Counted from the stretch's first letter, positions 9,619 to 17,878 are shown. The stretch is 18,465 nt of DNA from Desulfurella sp. (GCA_031960885.1 JAVRLY010000026.1:1-18465); one strand, 5' to 3'. The notes: generated by a model not told the origin, from the sequence alone. Program-made: numbers and translations.

Positions 9619-9660
9619 AGTATAAATCTACGCATGAAAAAATTATGAATTATTTGTGTA
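9619..9660 (-). promoter_or_regulatory. Putative tatA promoter: -10 box with upstream 11-bp-period direct repeats
   Basis: TATACT at 9624-9619 without a good -35; instead TACAC(9660-9656)/TTCAT(9649-9645)/TTCAT(9638-9634). Confidence 0.4.
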
Positions 9661-9687
9661 AAAATAGCAATTATTTTTTACCAAATA

Positions 9688-10359
9688 TTATTTCAATTCG
9701 TCAAATTTATCGTAAAAGTATTTATCAGAAACTATAAACCTCAATGGATGTTTTGCCCAAGCTTTAGCGTAGTTTACGCCAATGCGAGGCGTCTTTTTAA
9801 TCATATTTGTCTCTATTTTTATGCCAGCATCCACAATGCAAATTTCTGGTAATTTTTCGAATACCCCATCATCTTTACATACTCTTATCATATTATGCTC
9901 GATTTTTATACCTAAAGCTTTTGTTAATTTACCAGGACCATTGGCTAAATCTTTCTCGATAAACCCACCCCTTCTTTTTTTCATTAAATCTATACCCAAT
10001 ACTGGCACTATAGCTCTTATCAGAATTCCCTGGGGTATATTTTCAATATTAGTAACAATATTTAACATTACATGCCCTCTGCATGTATGAACGTACAATA
10101 CTCCCCCATTGCAATACAATGATTGATTTCTTTTTGTAACTTTATTTTTATAAGCATGAGAAGCTAAATCAATGCTTCCAAAATAAGCTTCCACTTCCGA
10201 TATAATACCACCGCATAAGCCTTCCTTCATATTTGTTATTATAACTTTACCTAAAAGTTCGTTTGAAATCAGCAATAAATTACTTCTTGTAAAAAATGAC
10301 CTATCCAATATTTCTGCACTTTTGAAACCAAATTTATCTAATTGTGGCACTTTTAACAT
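9688..10359 (-). CDS. mpg: DNA-3-methyladenine glycosylase (MPG/AAG family)
   Basis: LLGK, EVEAY.G..D.ASH, LN, LIRA, NGPGKLTKALGI, PRIGV. Start placed at ATG 10359 because a consensus promoter lies within the ORF-track N-terminal extension. Confidence 0.92.
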   Translation of the reverse strand: MLKVPQLDKFGFKSAEILDRSFFTRSNLLLISNELLGKVIITNMKEGLCGGIISEVEAYFGSIDLASHAYKNKVTKRNQSLYCNGGVLYVHTCRGHVMLNIVTNIENIPQGILIRAIVPVLGIDLMKKRRGGFIEKDLANGPGKLTKALGIKIEHNMIRVCKDDGVFEKLPEICIVDAGIKIETNMIKKTPRIGVNYAKAWAKHPLRFIVSDKYFYDKFDELK

Positions 10360-10372
10360 ATAAACTACATTT

Positions 10373-10401
10373 ATTATAAAATAATCATTCTCGATTTTCA
10401 A
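10373..10401 (-). promoter_or_regulatory. Putative sigma70 promoter for mpg
   Basis: TTGAAA (10401-10396), 17 nt spacer, TATAAT (10378-10373); 13 nt before ATG 10359. Confidence 0.7.
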
Positions 10402-10579
10402 CATTCTAAACATGATTTTTTCATAATGGTTCATTGCTGTTTCTTTGTCTGTGCAAAATTTAATTCATTGCCCAAAAAGTGTCTAAAAAATTGTCAAGCT
10501 GTTTAAAAGACTATCTGTTAAATTTATCAAAGTTAAAATTGAGCATTGATATTAAGTATTTTTCCGTTGTTTGTAAAAT

Positions 10580-10608
10580 TTGACAAAGCTTTGATAGTTT
10601 AGTATTTT
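10580..10608 (+). promoter_or_regulatory. Putative sigma70 promoter for the rib operon
   Basis: TTGACA (10580-10585), 17 nt spacer, TATTTT (10603-10608); 7 nt before ribD ATG, with no SD. Confidence 0.65.
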
Positions 10609-10615
10609 CTCATTT

Positions 10616-11704
10616 ATGGATAAAGACGAATTGTTTATGAAAAAAGCTATAGAGCTTGCCAAAAAAGGTTTGTTTAAAACATGTCCAAACCCCGCTGTGG
10701 GTGCTGTGATAGTAAAAGATGATAAAATAATAGGAAAGGGTTGGCACAAAAAAGCTGGAAGTGACCATGCTGAAATAGTAGCTTTAAAAAGCGTTAAAGA
10801 TAAATCTTTGCTTAATGGCGCAACGCTTTATGTAACACTAGAGCCTTGTAATCATTATGGAAAAACACCCCCATGTTCTATTGCCGTTGCAAATTCTGGT
10901 ATTAAACGTGTGGTTATTGGTATGTTAGATGTCAACAAAACAGCAAGCGGAGGCGCACAATTCTTAAAAGAAAAAGGCTTAGATGTAAAAGTTGGTTGTT
11001 TAGAAGAAGAATGTATAAAGCTCAATAAAATATTTATCACTAATATAACAAAACATAGATCACTATTTGCAATGAAAGCAGCAATGTTACTTAATGGTTG
11101 TATATCCATAAAAGGTGGCATATCAAAGTATATTACATCTGAAAAATCTCTAACTTATGTGCATAAGCTAAGAAGCTCATACAATGCCGTTTTGGTTGGA
11201 ATTAATACAATATTGATGGATGACCCACTGCTAAATTGCAGACTAAAGCGTTGCACGCAGCCAAAACGCATTGTTTTAGATGCATTTTTGAAAATACCAT
11301 TATCTGCTAGGATATTTAGTTTTGAACCCCAAAATGTTTATATAGCAACAAATAGCGCTAGCGATTTAAATAAAAAATCTATACTAAAATCAATGGGTGT
11401 TAATATAATAGAATGCACCTCAACACCAATTGGTATTGACCTAATGGATTTGTCAAAAAAATTGCTTGATTTAAATATTTGCAGCGTTTTGGTTGAAGGC
11501 GGTTCTCGCATTCATGGTTCATTTTTAGAAGCAAACCTTTATGATAAAGCACACTTGTTTTATGCACCAAAGATAACAGGTTCTTATGGTGCTTTCAATG
11601 TTGTTGGGTCTTTAGCTGCATCAGACTTTTCTGAAGTAAAAAACCTAAAATCCGTAGTGTGTAAAAAAATTGGAGATGATATACTCATTGAAGGTGATTT
11701 TTAA
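10616..11704 (+). CDS. ribD: Bifunctional diaminohydroxyphosphoribosylaminopyrimidine deaminase / reductase RibD
   Basis: PNPAVG, HAE, LEPCNHYGKTPPC zinc motif, GINT...DDPLL..R, VEGG. Confidence 0.97.
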   Translation: MDKDELFMKKAIELAKKGLFKTCPNPAVGAVIVKDDKIIGKGWHKKAGSDHAEIVALKSVKDKSLLNGATLYVTLEPCNHYGKTPPCSIAVANSGIKRVVIGMLDVNKTASGGAQFLKEKGLDVKVGCLEEECIKLNKIFITNITKHRSLFAMKAAMLLNGCISIKGGISKYITSEKSLTYVHKLRSSYNAVLVGINTILMDDPLLNCRLKRCTQPKRIVLDAFLKIPLSARIFSFEPQNVYIATNSASDLNKKSILKSMGVNIIECTSTPIGIDLMDLSKKLLDLNICSVLVEGGSRIHGSFLEANLYDKAHLFYAPKITGSYGAFNVVGSLAASDFSEVKNLKSVVCKKIGDDILIEGDF

Positions 11705-12303
11705 TGTTTACGGGTATAGTGGAAGAAATTGGCCGCATTAAAACTATTCGTCAAAAAAGCGGCGGAATTGGCGTTTTAATAGAAGCAAAAAACGTAATAA
11801 ACGACTTAAAAATAGGTGATTCAGTAGCCGTAAATGGGGCGTGTTTAACTTGTACACAATTAGAACAAAGTGCTTTTTGGGCTGATGTTTCTAAAGAAAC
11901 GCTTGACAAAACAAACTTGAAATTCGCCAATGTCGGCGAGTATGTAAATTTGGAAAGAGCTTTGAGGTTATCCGATAGATTATCAGGCCATATTGTGCTT
12001 GGTCATGTAGATTGTACTGCAAGAGTGTTGTCCATTAAAAATATGGGTGAATTTTATACATTAAGGGTAGAGTTACCAAACGATATAAAAAATTATGTAA
12101 TACCAAAAGGTTCAATTTGTATTGATGGTATAAGCCTTACTGTTGCGTATTTAGCGGAAAGTTATTTTGAAGTCGCTATTATTCCGCAAACATTTGAGCA
12201 CACAACATTGAAATTTAGAAAACCTGCATATAAATTAAACATTGAGGTTGATTATTTTAGTAAATACATTGAAAGGTATTTAAAAAACATCAAAGGGGTG
12301 TAA
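11704..12303 (+). CDS. ribE: Riboflavin synthase (alpha chain; ribC in E. coli nomenclature)
   Basis: MFTGIV, GDSVAVNGACLT, VNLERAL, GHIVLGHVD, KGSICIDGISLT; TAATG overlap with ribD. Confidence 0.97.
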   Translation: MFTGIVEEIGRIKTIRQKSGGIGVLIEAKNVINDLKIGDSVAVNGACLTCTQLEQSAFWADVSKETLDKTNLKFANVGEYVNLERALRLSDRLSGHIVLGHVDCTARVLSIKNMGEFYTLRVELPNDIKNYVIPKGSICIDGISLTVAYLAESYFEVAIIPQTFEHTTLKFRKPAYKLNIEVDYFSKYIERYLKNIKGV

Positions 12304-12306
12304 AAT

Positions 12307-13599
12307 ATGGAAACAAAAACATTTGAAGCAAAAACAGGTAGTATTGAAGAAATCTTTGTAAAGCTTGAAAATAATAAAAATTTACCTGTAAATTTAAAAT
12401 CAGATTTCTGCACCATCCAAGAGGCCATAGAAGAAATAAAATCCGGAAAGATGATTATATTGGTTGATGATGAGGATAGAGAAAATGAAGGCGATTTAGT
12501 AATTGCTGCTCAATTTGTCACAAAAGAAGCGATTAACTTTATGGCAAAATATGCACGAGGACTCATATGCTTTCCTGCAGAAAAAGAAATTTTGGATAGA
12601 CTTGATTTAAATTTAATGGTAGAAAGTCAAGATCCATTTAGAACAGCGTTCACTGTTTCTATTGATGCAAAATATGGCACAACGACTGGTATTTCTGCAG
12701 CAGATAGAGCGCTTACTATCCAAACAGCTATACGACCAGATGCAAAGCCAGATGATTTTGTTAAACCCGGGCATGTGTTTCCATTGATAGCAAAAAAAGG
12801 CGGCGTGCTTGTGCGTGCAGGCCACACCGAAGCAAGTGTAGATTTGGCTAAAATGGCAGGCTTAATTCCTGCTGCTGTGATTTGTGAAATTATGAATGAA
12901 GATGGTACAATGGCTCGTACAAATCAATTAATTGAATTTTCAAAACAACACAATATAAAAATAGCCACAATTGCCGATCTCATAGAATATAGAATGCGCA
13001 CAGAAAAGCTCATAAAAAGGGAGGCAAGTGCTCATTTGCCCACAAAGTATGGCGATTTTGAAATAATCGTTTACACTAATTCTATAGATAATTACGAACA
13101 TGTAGCGCTTGTAAAAGGCCACATTAAACCAGATGAACCAGTGCTTGTTAGGGTTCACTCCTCTTGTTTAACCGGCGATATATTGGGCTCATTAAGATGC
13201 GATTGCGGCGACCAATTGCATACTGCTATGAAAATGGTTGAGAAAGAAGGCAAAGGCGTTATTCTATACATGCAACAAGAAGGCAGGGGCATAGGATTAT
13301 CAAATAAAATCAAAGCGTACAAGTTGCAAGATGAAGGTTACGATACAGTTGAAGCAAATGAAAAATTGGGTTTTAAGGCTGATTTAAGAAATTATGGCAT
13401 AGGCGCTCAGATGCTTGTTGATATTGGTGTGAGGAAAATGAGGCTTATGACGAATAACCCAAAAAAGATCGTAGCTCTAAGGGGATATGGTTTAGAGGTT
13501 GTTGAAAGAGTACCCATAGAAATAGAGCCAAATGATGTAAATAAATGCTACCTTTCAGTTAAAAAAACAAAAATGGGACATTTATTAAATAATGTCTAA
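12307..13599 (+). CDS. ribBA: Bifunctional DHBP synthase / GTP cyclohydrolase II
   Basis: [45 protein letters not shown]...[16 protein letters not shown]. Confidence 0.98.
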   Translation: METKTFEAKTGSIEEIFVKLENNKNLPVNLKSDFCTIQEAIEEIKSGKMIILVDDEDRENEGDLVIAAQFVTKEAINFMAKYARGLICFPAEKEILDRLDLNLMVESQDPFRTAFTVSIDAKYGTTTGISAADRALTIQTAIRPDAKPDDFVKPGHVFPLIAKKGGVLVRAGHTEASVDLAKMAGLIPAAVICEIMNEDGTMARTNQLIEFSKQHNIKIATIADLIEYRMRTEKLIKREASAHLPTKYGDFEIIVYTNSIDNYEHVALVKGHIKPDEPVLVRVHSSCLTGDILGSLRCDCGDQLHTAMKMVEKEGKGVILYMQQEGRGIGLSNKIKAYKLQDEGYDTVEANEKLGFKADLRNYGIGAQMLVDIGVRKMRLMTNNPKKIVALRGYGLEVVERVPIEIEPNDVNKCYLSVKKTKMGHLLNNV

Positions 13600-13610
13600 G
13601 GAGTCAAATT

Positions 13611-14069
13611 ATGAAATATATTGAAGGACAATTAAGCGCAAAAGGCAAAAAGATTGCAATTATTGTAAGCAGGTTCAATAGTTTTATCTCTGATAAGCTA
13701 CTTGAGGGTGCTTTGGATGCAATTATTCGCCACGATGGCGAAAAAGAAAACATAACTATCTACAAAGTACCAGGTGCCTTTGAAATACCAATCTTGCTTC
13801 CAAAGCTAATTGACAAAGATTTTGATGGTATATTATGTCTTGGGGCTATCATAAGGGGCGCAACACCACATTTTGATTTTATTGCTCAAGAAACTACAAA
13901 AGGCATAGCAAGTATTTCTCAAAAGTCTAAAATGCCTATAGCTTATGGCGTATTGACCACAGACACAATTGATCAAGCAATTGAAAGAGCAGGCACAAAA
14001 ATGGGTAACAAAGGCTTCGATGCTGCACTATCTTTGCTTGAAATGATAAATTTGTTTGAAGCAATATAG
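13611..14069 (+). CDS. ribH: 6,7-dimethyl-8-ribityllumazine synthase
   Basis: SRFN, VPGAFEIP, IRGATPHF, GVLTT, QAIERAG..GNKG; SD AAGGAG. Confidence 0.98.
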   Translation: MKYIEGQLSAKGKKIAIIVSRFNSFISDKLLEGALDAIIRHDGEKENITIYKVPGAFEIPILLPKLIDKDFDGILCLGAIIRGATPHFDFIAQETTKGIASISQKSKMPIAYGVLTTDTIDQAIERAGTKMGNKGFDAALSLLEMINLFEAI

Positions 14070-14071
14070 GT

Positions 14072-14464
14072 ATGTCAAGAAGGGCCATTAGAACAGAGGC
14101 GGTCAAATTTTTATATGCAAAAGCACTAAATGAATCATTTACGCTCAGTGATTTTATGCTTTATTTGACTAAAATTAAAAAAGATAATGAAAAAGTGGAT
14201 TTAGAATTATTAATGAACGGTATTTTAAGAATTGAACAAAAACTTGAAGATTTTATTCAAGAATGTTCCAATGACTATGATAAATTAAATAAACTTGACA
14301 TAAGCATTATTAAAGTAGGTGCATTTGAATTGTTATACACTAATTTGCCAAAAAACATAGTTATTAATGAAGCAGTAGAAATTGCAAAAAAATTTGGTGA
14401 TGATGTTACAAAAGCTGTTGTAAATGCAATTTTAGAATGCATAGGAGATAGGTATGAAAGATAG
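14072..14464 (+). CDS. nusB: Transcription antitermination factor NusB
   Basis: N-terminal RR..R, D..I...GAFEL, P..VINEAVEIAKKFG, VN.IL; conserved ribH-nusB order. Confidence 0.9.
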   Translation: MSRRAIRTEAVKFLYAKALNESFTLSDFMLYLTKIKKDNEKVDLELLMNGILRIEQKLEDFIQECSNDYDKLNKLDISIIKVGAFELLYTNLPKNIVINEAVEIAKKFGDDVTKAVVNAILECIGDRYER

Positions 14465-15164
14465 ACTTATTGTTGCATTAGACGTTTTAAGTTTTGAAGA
14501 AGCACGATCAATTGTTGACAAGCTTGGTGATTATGTGTCAATATATAAAATTGGTCTTGCACCATTTATTGGTTTTGGTACACAAATAATTGAGTATCTT
14601 AAAGCAAAAAACAAACAGTTTTTTTTGGACTTAAAGTTTTTTGATATACCAAATACTGTAGAACTAGCAGTTGAACAAGCTTGCATGCTTGGTGTGCATA
14701 TGCTTACATTGCATGCGCTTGGTACAAAACAAATGATTGAGGCAGCAATTATTGGTAAAAAACGATACAGCGATAAGACTGGCAAGGAAGGTGCGATACT
14801 ACTTGGCGTTACAGTTTTAACCAGCATAGATGAAAAAAACCTAAAATCAGAGATGTTTATTGACAAACCTCTTGAAGAAACAATTTTAAGCTTATCAAAA
14901 AACGCGTACGAAGCAGGACTACGGGGTTTTGTAGCTTCACCTAAAGAAGCCAAATTATTAAAAGATACTTTTAGCGACATAATTGTAGTAACGCCAGGCA
15001 TAAGGATGAGTGAGTCTAGTGATGACCAAAAACGCGCTGCAACGCCACGATTTGCTATTGAAAACAAAGCAGATTATATTGTAGTAGGAAGGCCTATAAT
15101 AAAAGCTCAAGACCCAAAACAAGCAGCAATTTTATGTATTAAAAATATGGAAGGAGTTGATTAA
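14454..15164 (+). CDS. pyrF: Orotidine 5'-phosphate decarboxylase
   Basis: LIVALD, DLKFFDIPNT (DxKxxDIxxT), VTVLTS, TPGIR, DDQKR, VVGRPI. Confidence 0.97.
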   Translation: MKDRLIVALDVLSFEEARSIVDKLGDYVSIYKIGLAPFIGFGTQIIEYLKAKNKQFFLDLKFFDIPNTVELAVEQACMLGVHMLTLHALGTKQMIEAAIIGKKRYSDKTGKEGAILLGVTVLTSIDEKNLKSEMFIDKPLEETILSLSKNAYEAGLRGFVASPKEAKLLKDTFSDIIVVTPGIRMSESSDDQKRAATPRFAIENKADYIVVGRPIIKAQDPKQAAILCIKNMEGVD

Positions 15165-15737
15165 ATGTTAACACAAGAAGAAGCATTGGAAATCTATAAA
15201 AGCTGTAATGGTTATTTGGAAGGCCATTTTAAACTCACAAGCGGATTGCACAGTCAATTTTATCTTCAATCAGCACTAGTGTTGCAATACCCACATTTGG
15301 CAGAAAAACTTTGTTCGGCCATTGCAGAACACTTTAAAGATAAACAAATAGATGTAGTGATTGGGCCTGCTATGGGTGCAATTTTGGTTTCATACGAGGT
15401 TGCTCGTCATCTTGGTGTAAGAAGCATTTTTGCAGAACGCACTGACAATGTGTTGTCTCTTAGGCGTAATTTTTTTATTGAAAAAAATGAAAGGGTTCTT
15501 GTAGTTGAAGATGTTGTTACCACAGGCAAAAGTGTTTATGAAACACTAGAGGTTGCAAAACAGTATTCTTCAAATATAGTGGGCGTTGGTGCGCTAGTTG
15601 ATAGAGGTGGAAACTTTAAAACTGATTTGGATTATTTTCCATTGATTCGTTTAAATATCGTTAATTACGAACCTGAAAATTGTCCACTGTGTAAGCAAAA
15701 TATACCGCTTGTAAAGCCAGGTAGTAGAAAAATATAA
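15165..15737 (+). CDS. pyrE: Orotate phosphoribosyltransferase
   Basis: GHFKLTSG.HS, PRPP-binding VLVVEDVVTTGKS, VDR, C-terminal CPLC..KPGSR. Confidence 0.96.
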   Translation: MLTQEEALEIYKSCNGYLEGHFKLTSGLHSQFYLQSALVLQYPHLAEKLCSAIAEHFKDKQIDVVIGPAMGAILVSYEVARHLGVRSIFAERTDNVLSLRRNFFIEKNERVLVVEDVVTTGKSVYETLEVAKQYSSNIVGVGALVDRGGNFKTDLDYFPLIRLNIVNYEPENCPLCKQNIPLVKPGSRKI

Positions 15738-15749
15738 AGGAGGTGTGCT

Positions 15750-16427
15750 ATGCAACTTACCTATTTAGGACATGCGGCAGTTTTGGCAAAAGGAAGCGTA
15801 TCTGTAATTATTGATCCGTTTTTAACGGGAAACCCACAAGCAACTACAAAGCCCAGCGATATTAAAGTAGATTACATTTTGTTAACGCATGGGCATGGCG
15901 ACCATATTGGCGATGCAATTGAAATTGCCAAAAATAATTCAGCAACGATTGTAGCGCCGTTTGAGCTAGCGCTGTACTGTCAATCAAAAGGAGCACAAGT
16001 TCATCCTATGCACATAGGAGGGGCTCATCGCTTTAGCGACACTTTTTGGGTTAAGCTGACAATTGCACATCACGGAAGCAGCGTTATAGAAGGGGATAAA
16101 ATTATCTACACAGGCAACCCTTGCGGCTTTGTAGTAGAACTTGATGGTAAAAAAATCTATCACTCTGGTGATACAGGCTTATTCTTAGATATGCAACTAA
16201 TTGGAGAGCTTGGTCTAGATTTAGCCATTTTACCTATTGGAGACAACTTTACAATGGGCATTAGCGATGCAGCAAAAGCAGTTGAATTTTTAAAACCAAA
16301 AAAAGTGCTTCCAATCCACTATAACACATGGGATATTATCAAAGCAGACCCTCAAGAGTTTAAAAACGCTATAAAACCACCCTTTGAGGCTGTTATACTA
16401 AAACCAAACGAAAGTCTAACTCTATAA
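15750..16427 (+). CDS. UPF0173 family metallo-beta-lactamase-fold hydrolase
   Basis: YLGHA, IDPF..GNP, THGHGDH (HxHxDH), HSGDT, LPIGDNFTM, PIHYNTW; SD AAGGAGGTG. Confidence 0.93.
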   Translation: MQLTYLGHAAVLAKGSVSVIIDPFLTGNPQATTKPSDIKVDYILLTHGHGDHIGDAIEIAKNNSATIVAPFELALYCQSKGAQVHPMHIGGAHRFSDTFWVKLTIAHHGSSVIEGDKIIYTGNPCGFVVELDGKKIYHSGDTGLFLDMQLIGELGLDLAILPIGDNFTMGISDAAKAVEFLKPKKVLPIHYNTWDIIKADPQEFKNAIKPPFEAVILKPNESLTL

Positions 16428-16438
16428 AGCAAATTTGT

Positions 16439-16468
16439 GGCTACCTTGTCTTGAGGTAGCCTATTTTT
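16439..16468 (+). terminator. Intrinsic terminator between the convergent rib-pyr operon and uppP
   Basis: Stem GGCTACCT (16439-16446) / AGGTAGCC (16454-16461), 7-nt loop, then TATTTTT. Confidence 0.8.
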
Positions 16469-17228
16469 ATGCAAATATTAAATAAGCAACGCCCACAAGT
16501 ATTCTATAAAAACCAAAAACCATTAGATTATTTGTTGAAATAAAGCGCAAAAATGTTTTAACACTAATGACAGCAAAAACTAAAGCTGTAAAAAAGCTTA
16601 CACCCATAGCTATAAAGTCGCTATGCGAAATATAAGCATGGTCTTTTATTAAAGCATATGAGCCAGCACTTAAAATCGTAGGTATAGCAAGCAAAAACGA
16701 AAACTCGACAGCGGTTTTTCTATCAAGGCCAAGCAGTATCCCGCCCACAATTGTAGCACCAGACCTTGAAACACCAGGTATAAAAGCCAATGCTTGAATA
16801 AATCCAAGCAACACAGCTTTTTTAATGCTTAGTTGGTCAATATTTTTAATAGTAGGTTTTTTCTTAAATAGTTCAACAGCTATGATAATTAGGCCACCTA
16901 TAATCAAAGATATTACAGTAATTTTGTCATTGTATAACAAATAGTGTTTCACAGGCTTATACACTATTAAACCCAATACACCAGTTGGTATAAATGCATA
17001 AATCACTTTTTTTAATGTTTGAAAATCAATCAGTAGCCTTTTAGTATACAAAATCAATACAGCGCATACCGCACCAAGTTGCATTACAATTTCATAAATT
17101 TTTATAAAATCGCTTGATGGTATACCCATTGCTTTACCAACAAGTGTTAAGTTACCAGCAGCAGATACAGGCAAAAACTCTAAAATACCTTCTACAATAC
17201 CTAAAATAATAGCATGGAAAATACTCAT
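16467..17228 (-). CDS. uppP: Undecaprenyl-diphosphate phosphatase (BacA/UppP) homolog with degenerate motif 1
   Basis: IILGIVEG.EFLPVS, QLGA, PGVSRSGAT, EFSFLLAIP, F..YR; multiple TM segments. Start set at the second Met (17228) because ATG 17237 abuts the predicted -10. Confidence 0.93.
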   Translation of the reverse strand: MSIFHAIILGIVEGILEFLPVSAAGNLTLVGKAMGIPSSDFIKIYEIVMQLGAVCAVLILYTKRLLIDFQTLKKVIYAFIPTGVLGLIVYKPVKHYLLYNDKITVISLIIGGLIIIAVELFKKKPTIKNIDQLSIKKAVLLGFIQALAFIPGVSRSGATIVGGILLGLDRKTAVEFSFLLAIPTILSAGSYALIKDHAYISHSDFIAMGVSFFTALVFAVISVKTFLRFISTNNLMVFGFYRILVGVAYLIFA

Positions 17229-17237
17229 ATGGTCCAT

Positions 17238-17265
17238 ATTCTATATACTTTTTTAATGATGTCAA
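17238..17265 (-). promoter_or_regulatory. Putative sigma70 promoter for uppP
   Basis: TTGACA (17265-17260), 16 nt spacer, TAGAAT (17243-17238). Confidence 0.65.
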
Positions 17266-17285
17266 TAAAAAAACTTAAGCAGGTC

Positions 17286-17314
17286 TTGACATTTGTAAGT
17301 GGTTTAACTATAGT
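17286..17314 (+). promoter_or_regulatory. Putative sigma70 promoter for the right-hand unit
   Basis: TTGACA (17286-17291), 17 nt spacer, TATAGT (17309-17314), followed by SD AAGGAGG (17321-17327). Confidence 0.8.
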
Positions 17315-17332
17315 TAGATGAAGGAGGGTAAA

Positions 17333-17842
17333 GTGAGCTCTAAAAAAGCATGTTATATAGCCATTTTGATTTTAGTGATAGGTGTTTTAGGTGTATATTT
17401 TTATGGAAACATAAAATTAAATTCGTATAAAAAAGCTCAAGAGTTAGCTTTTTCAAATAAAATAGCACAAATAAATGCCCAATACAGCGCACAAGAGAAA
17501 GCTAAAACAACATCGCTTTTACAAAGTTTGGCTATACCGCTTAGTTATTTTGTAAAAAATGCTATTGAATCCAGCAACTACCAAAGCATCAATGATTGTT
17601 TTAATGAGCTTGTGAAAACTAAAGGTTTTAAGGATATAAATCTTGTTAGAGCAGGAAAAATTATTGTTGGCACAAATAAAAAATTTGAAGGTGAGTCATT
17701 TGATAAAATCTATCCAAGCCAATTCGCTCAATACAAAGAAATAACCATTAAGCAGATCCAACCAAACATGTCTTATATAATAGTGCCAATCATGAGTACA
17801 AACTCTCAGTTGGGTTTTGTAGTTATAACTTTTAGTGATTAA
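17333..17842 (+). CDS. Membrane-anchored hypothetical protein with putative extracytoplasmic Cache/PDC-like domain
   Basis: GTG 17333 follows AAGGAGG (ATG 17318 is only 3 nt after the -10). One N-terminal TM, a long helix, then INLVRAGKIIVGTN..EG...YIIVPI.....GFVVI, which resembles a PAS-like Cache core. Confidence 0.75.
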   Translation: MSSKKACYIAILILVIGVLGVYFYGNIKLNSYKKAQELAFSNKIAQINAQYSAQEKAKTTSLLQSLAIPLSYFVKNAIESSNYQSINDCFNELVKTKGFKDINLVRAGKIIVGTNKKFEGESFDKIYPSQFAQYKEITIKQIQPNMSYIIVPIMSTNSQLGFVVITFSD

Positions 17843-17878
17843 TGTTTCTAAATAAATTTTTATATTTCGAGGTGTTTC

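Noticed and set aside
10360..10434. 25-aa N-terminal extension of Mpg in the ORF track
   Set aside because: It contains a consensus TTGAAA-17-TATAAT promoter and has no family similarity.
10402..10579. About 180 bp unexplained spacer with a minus-strand TTGACA (10497-10492) and a stop-interrupted frame (MLNFNFDKFNR*SFKQLDNF...)
   Set aside because: No matching -10, no stable structure and no recognisable protein similarity; cannot support an sRNA or pseudogene call.
7170..17228. A joint system made of the altered PBP GT domain and the degenerate UppP (both handle undecaprenyl-linked substrates)
   Set aside because: The genes are over 7 kb apart in separate transcription units with unrelated housekeeping genes between them; nothing in the sequence links them, so they are reported separately.
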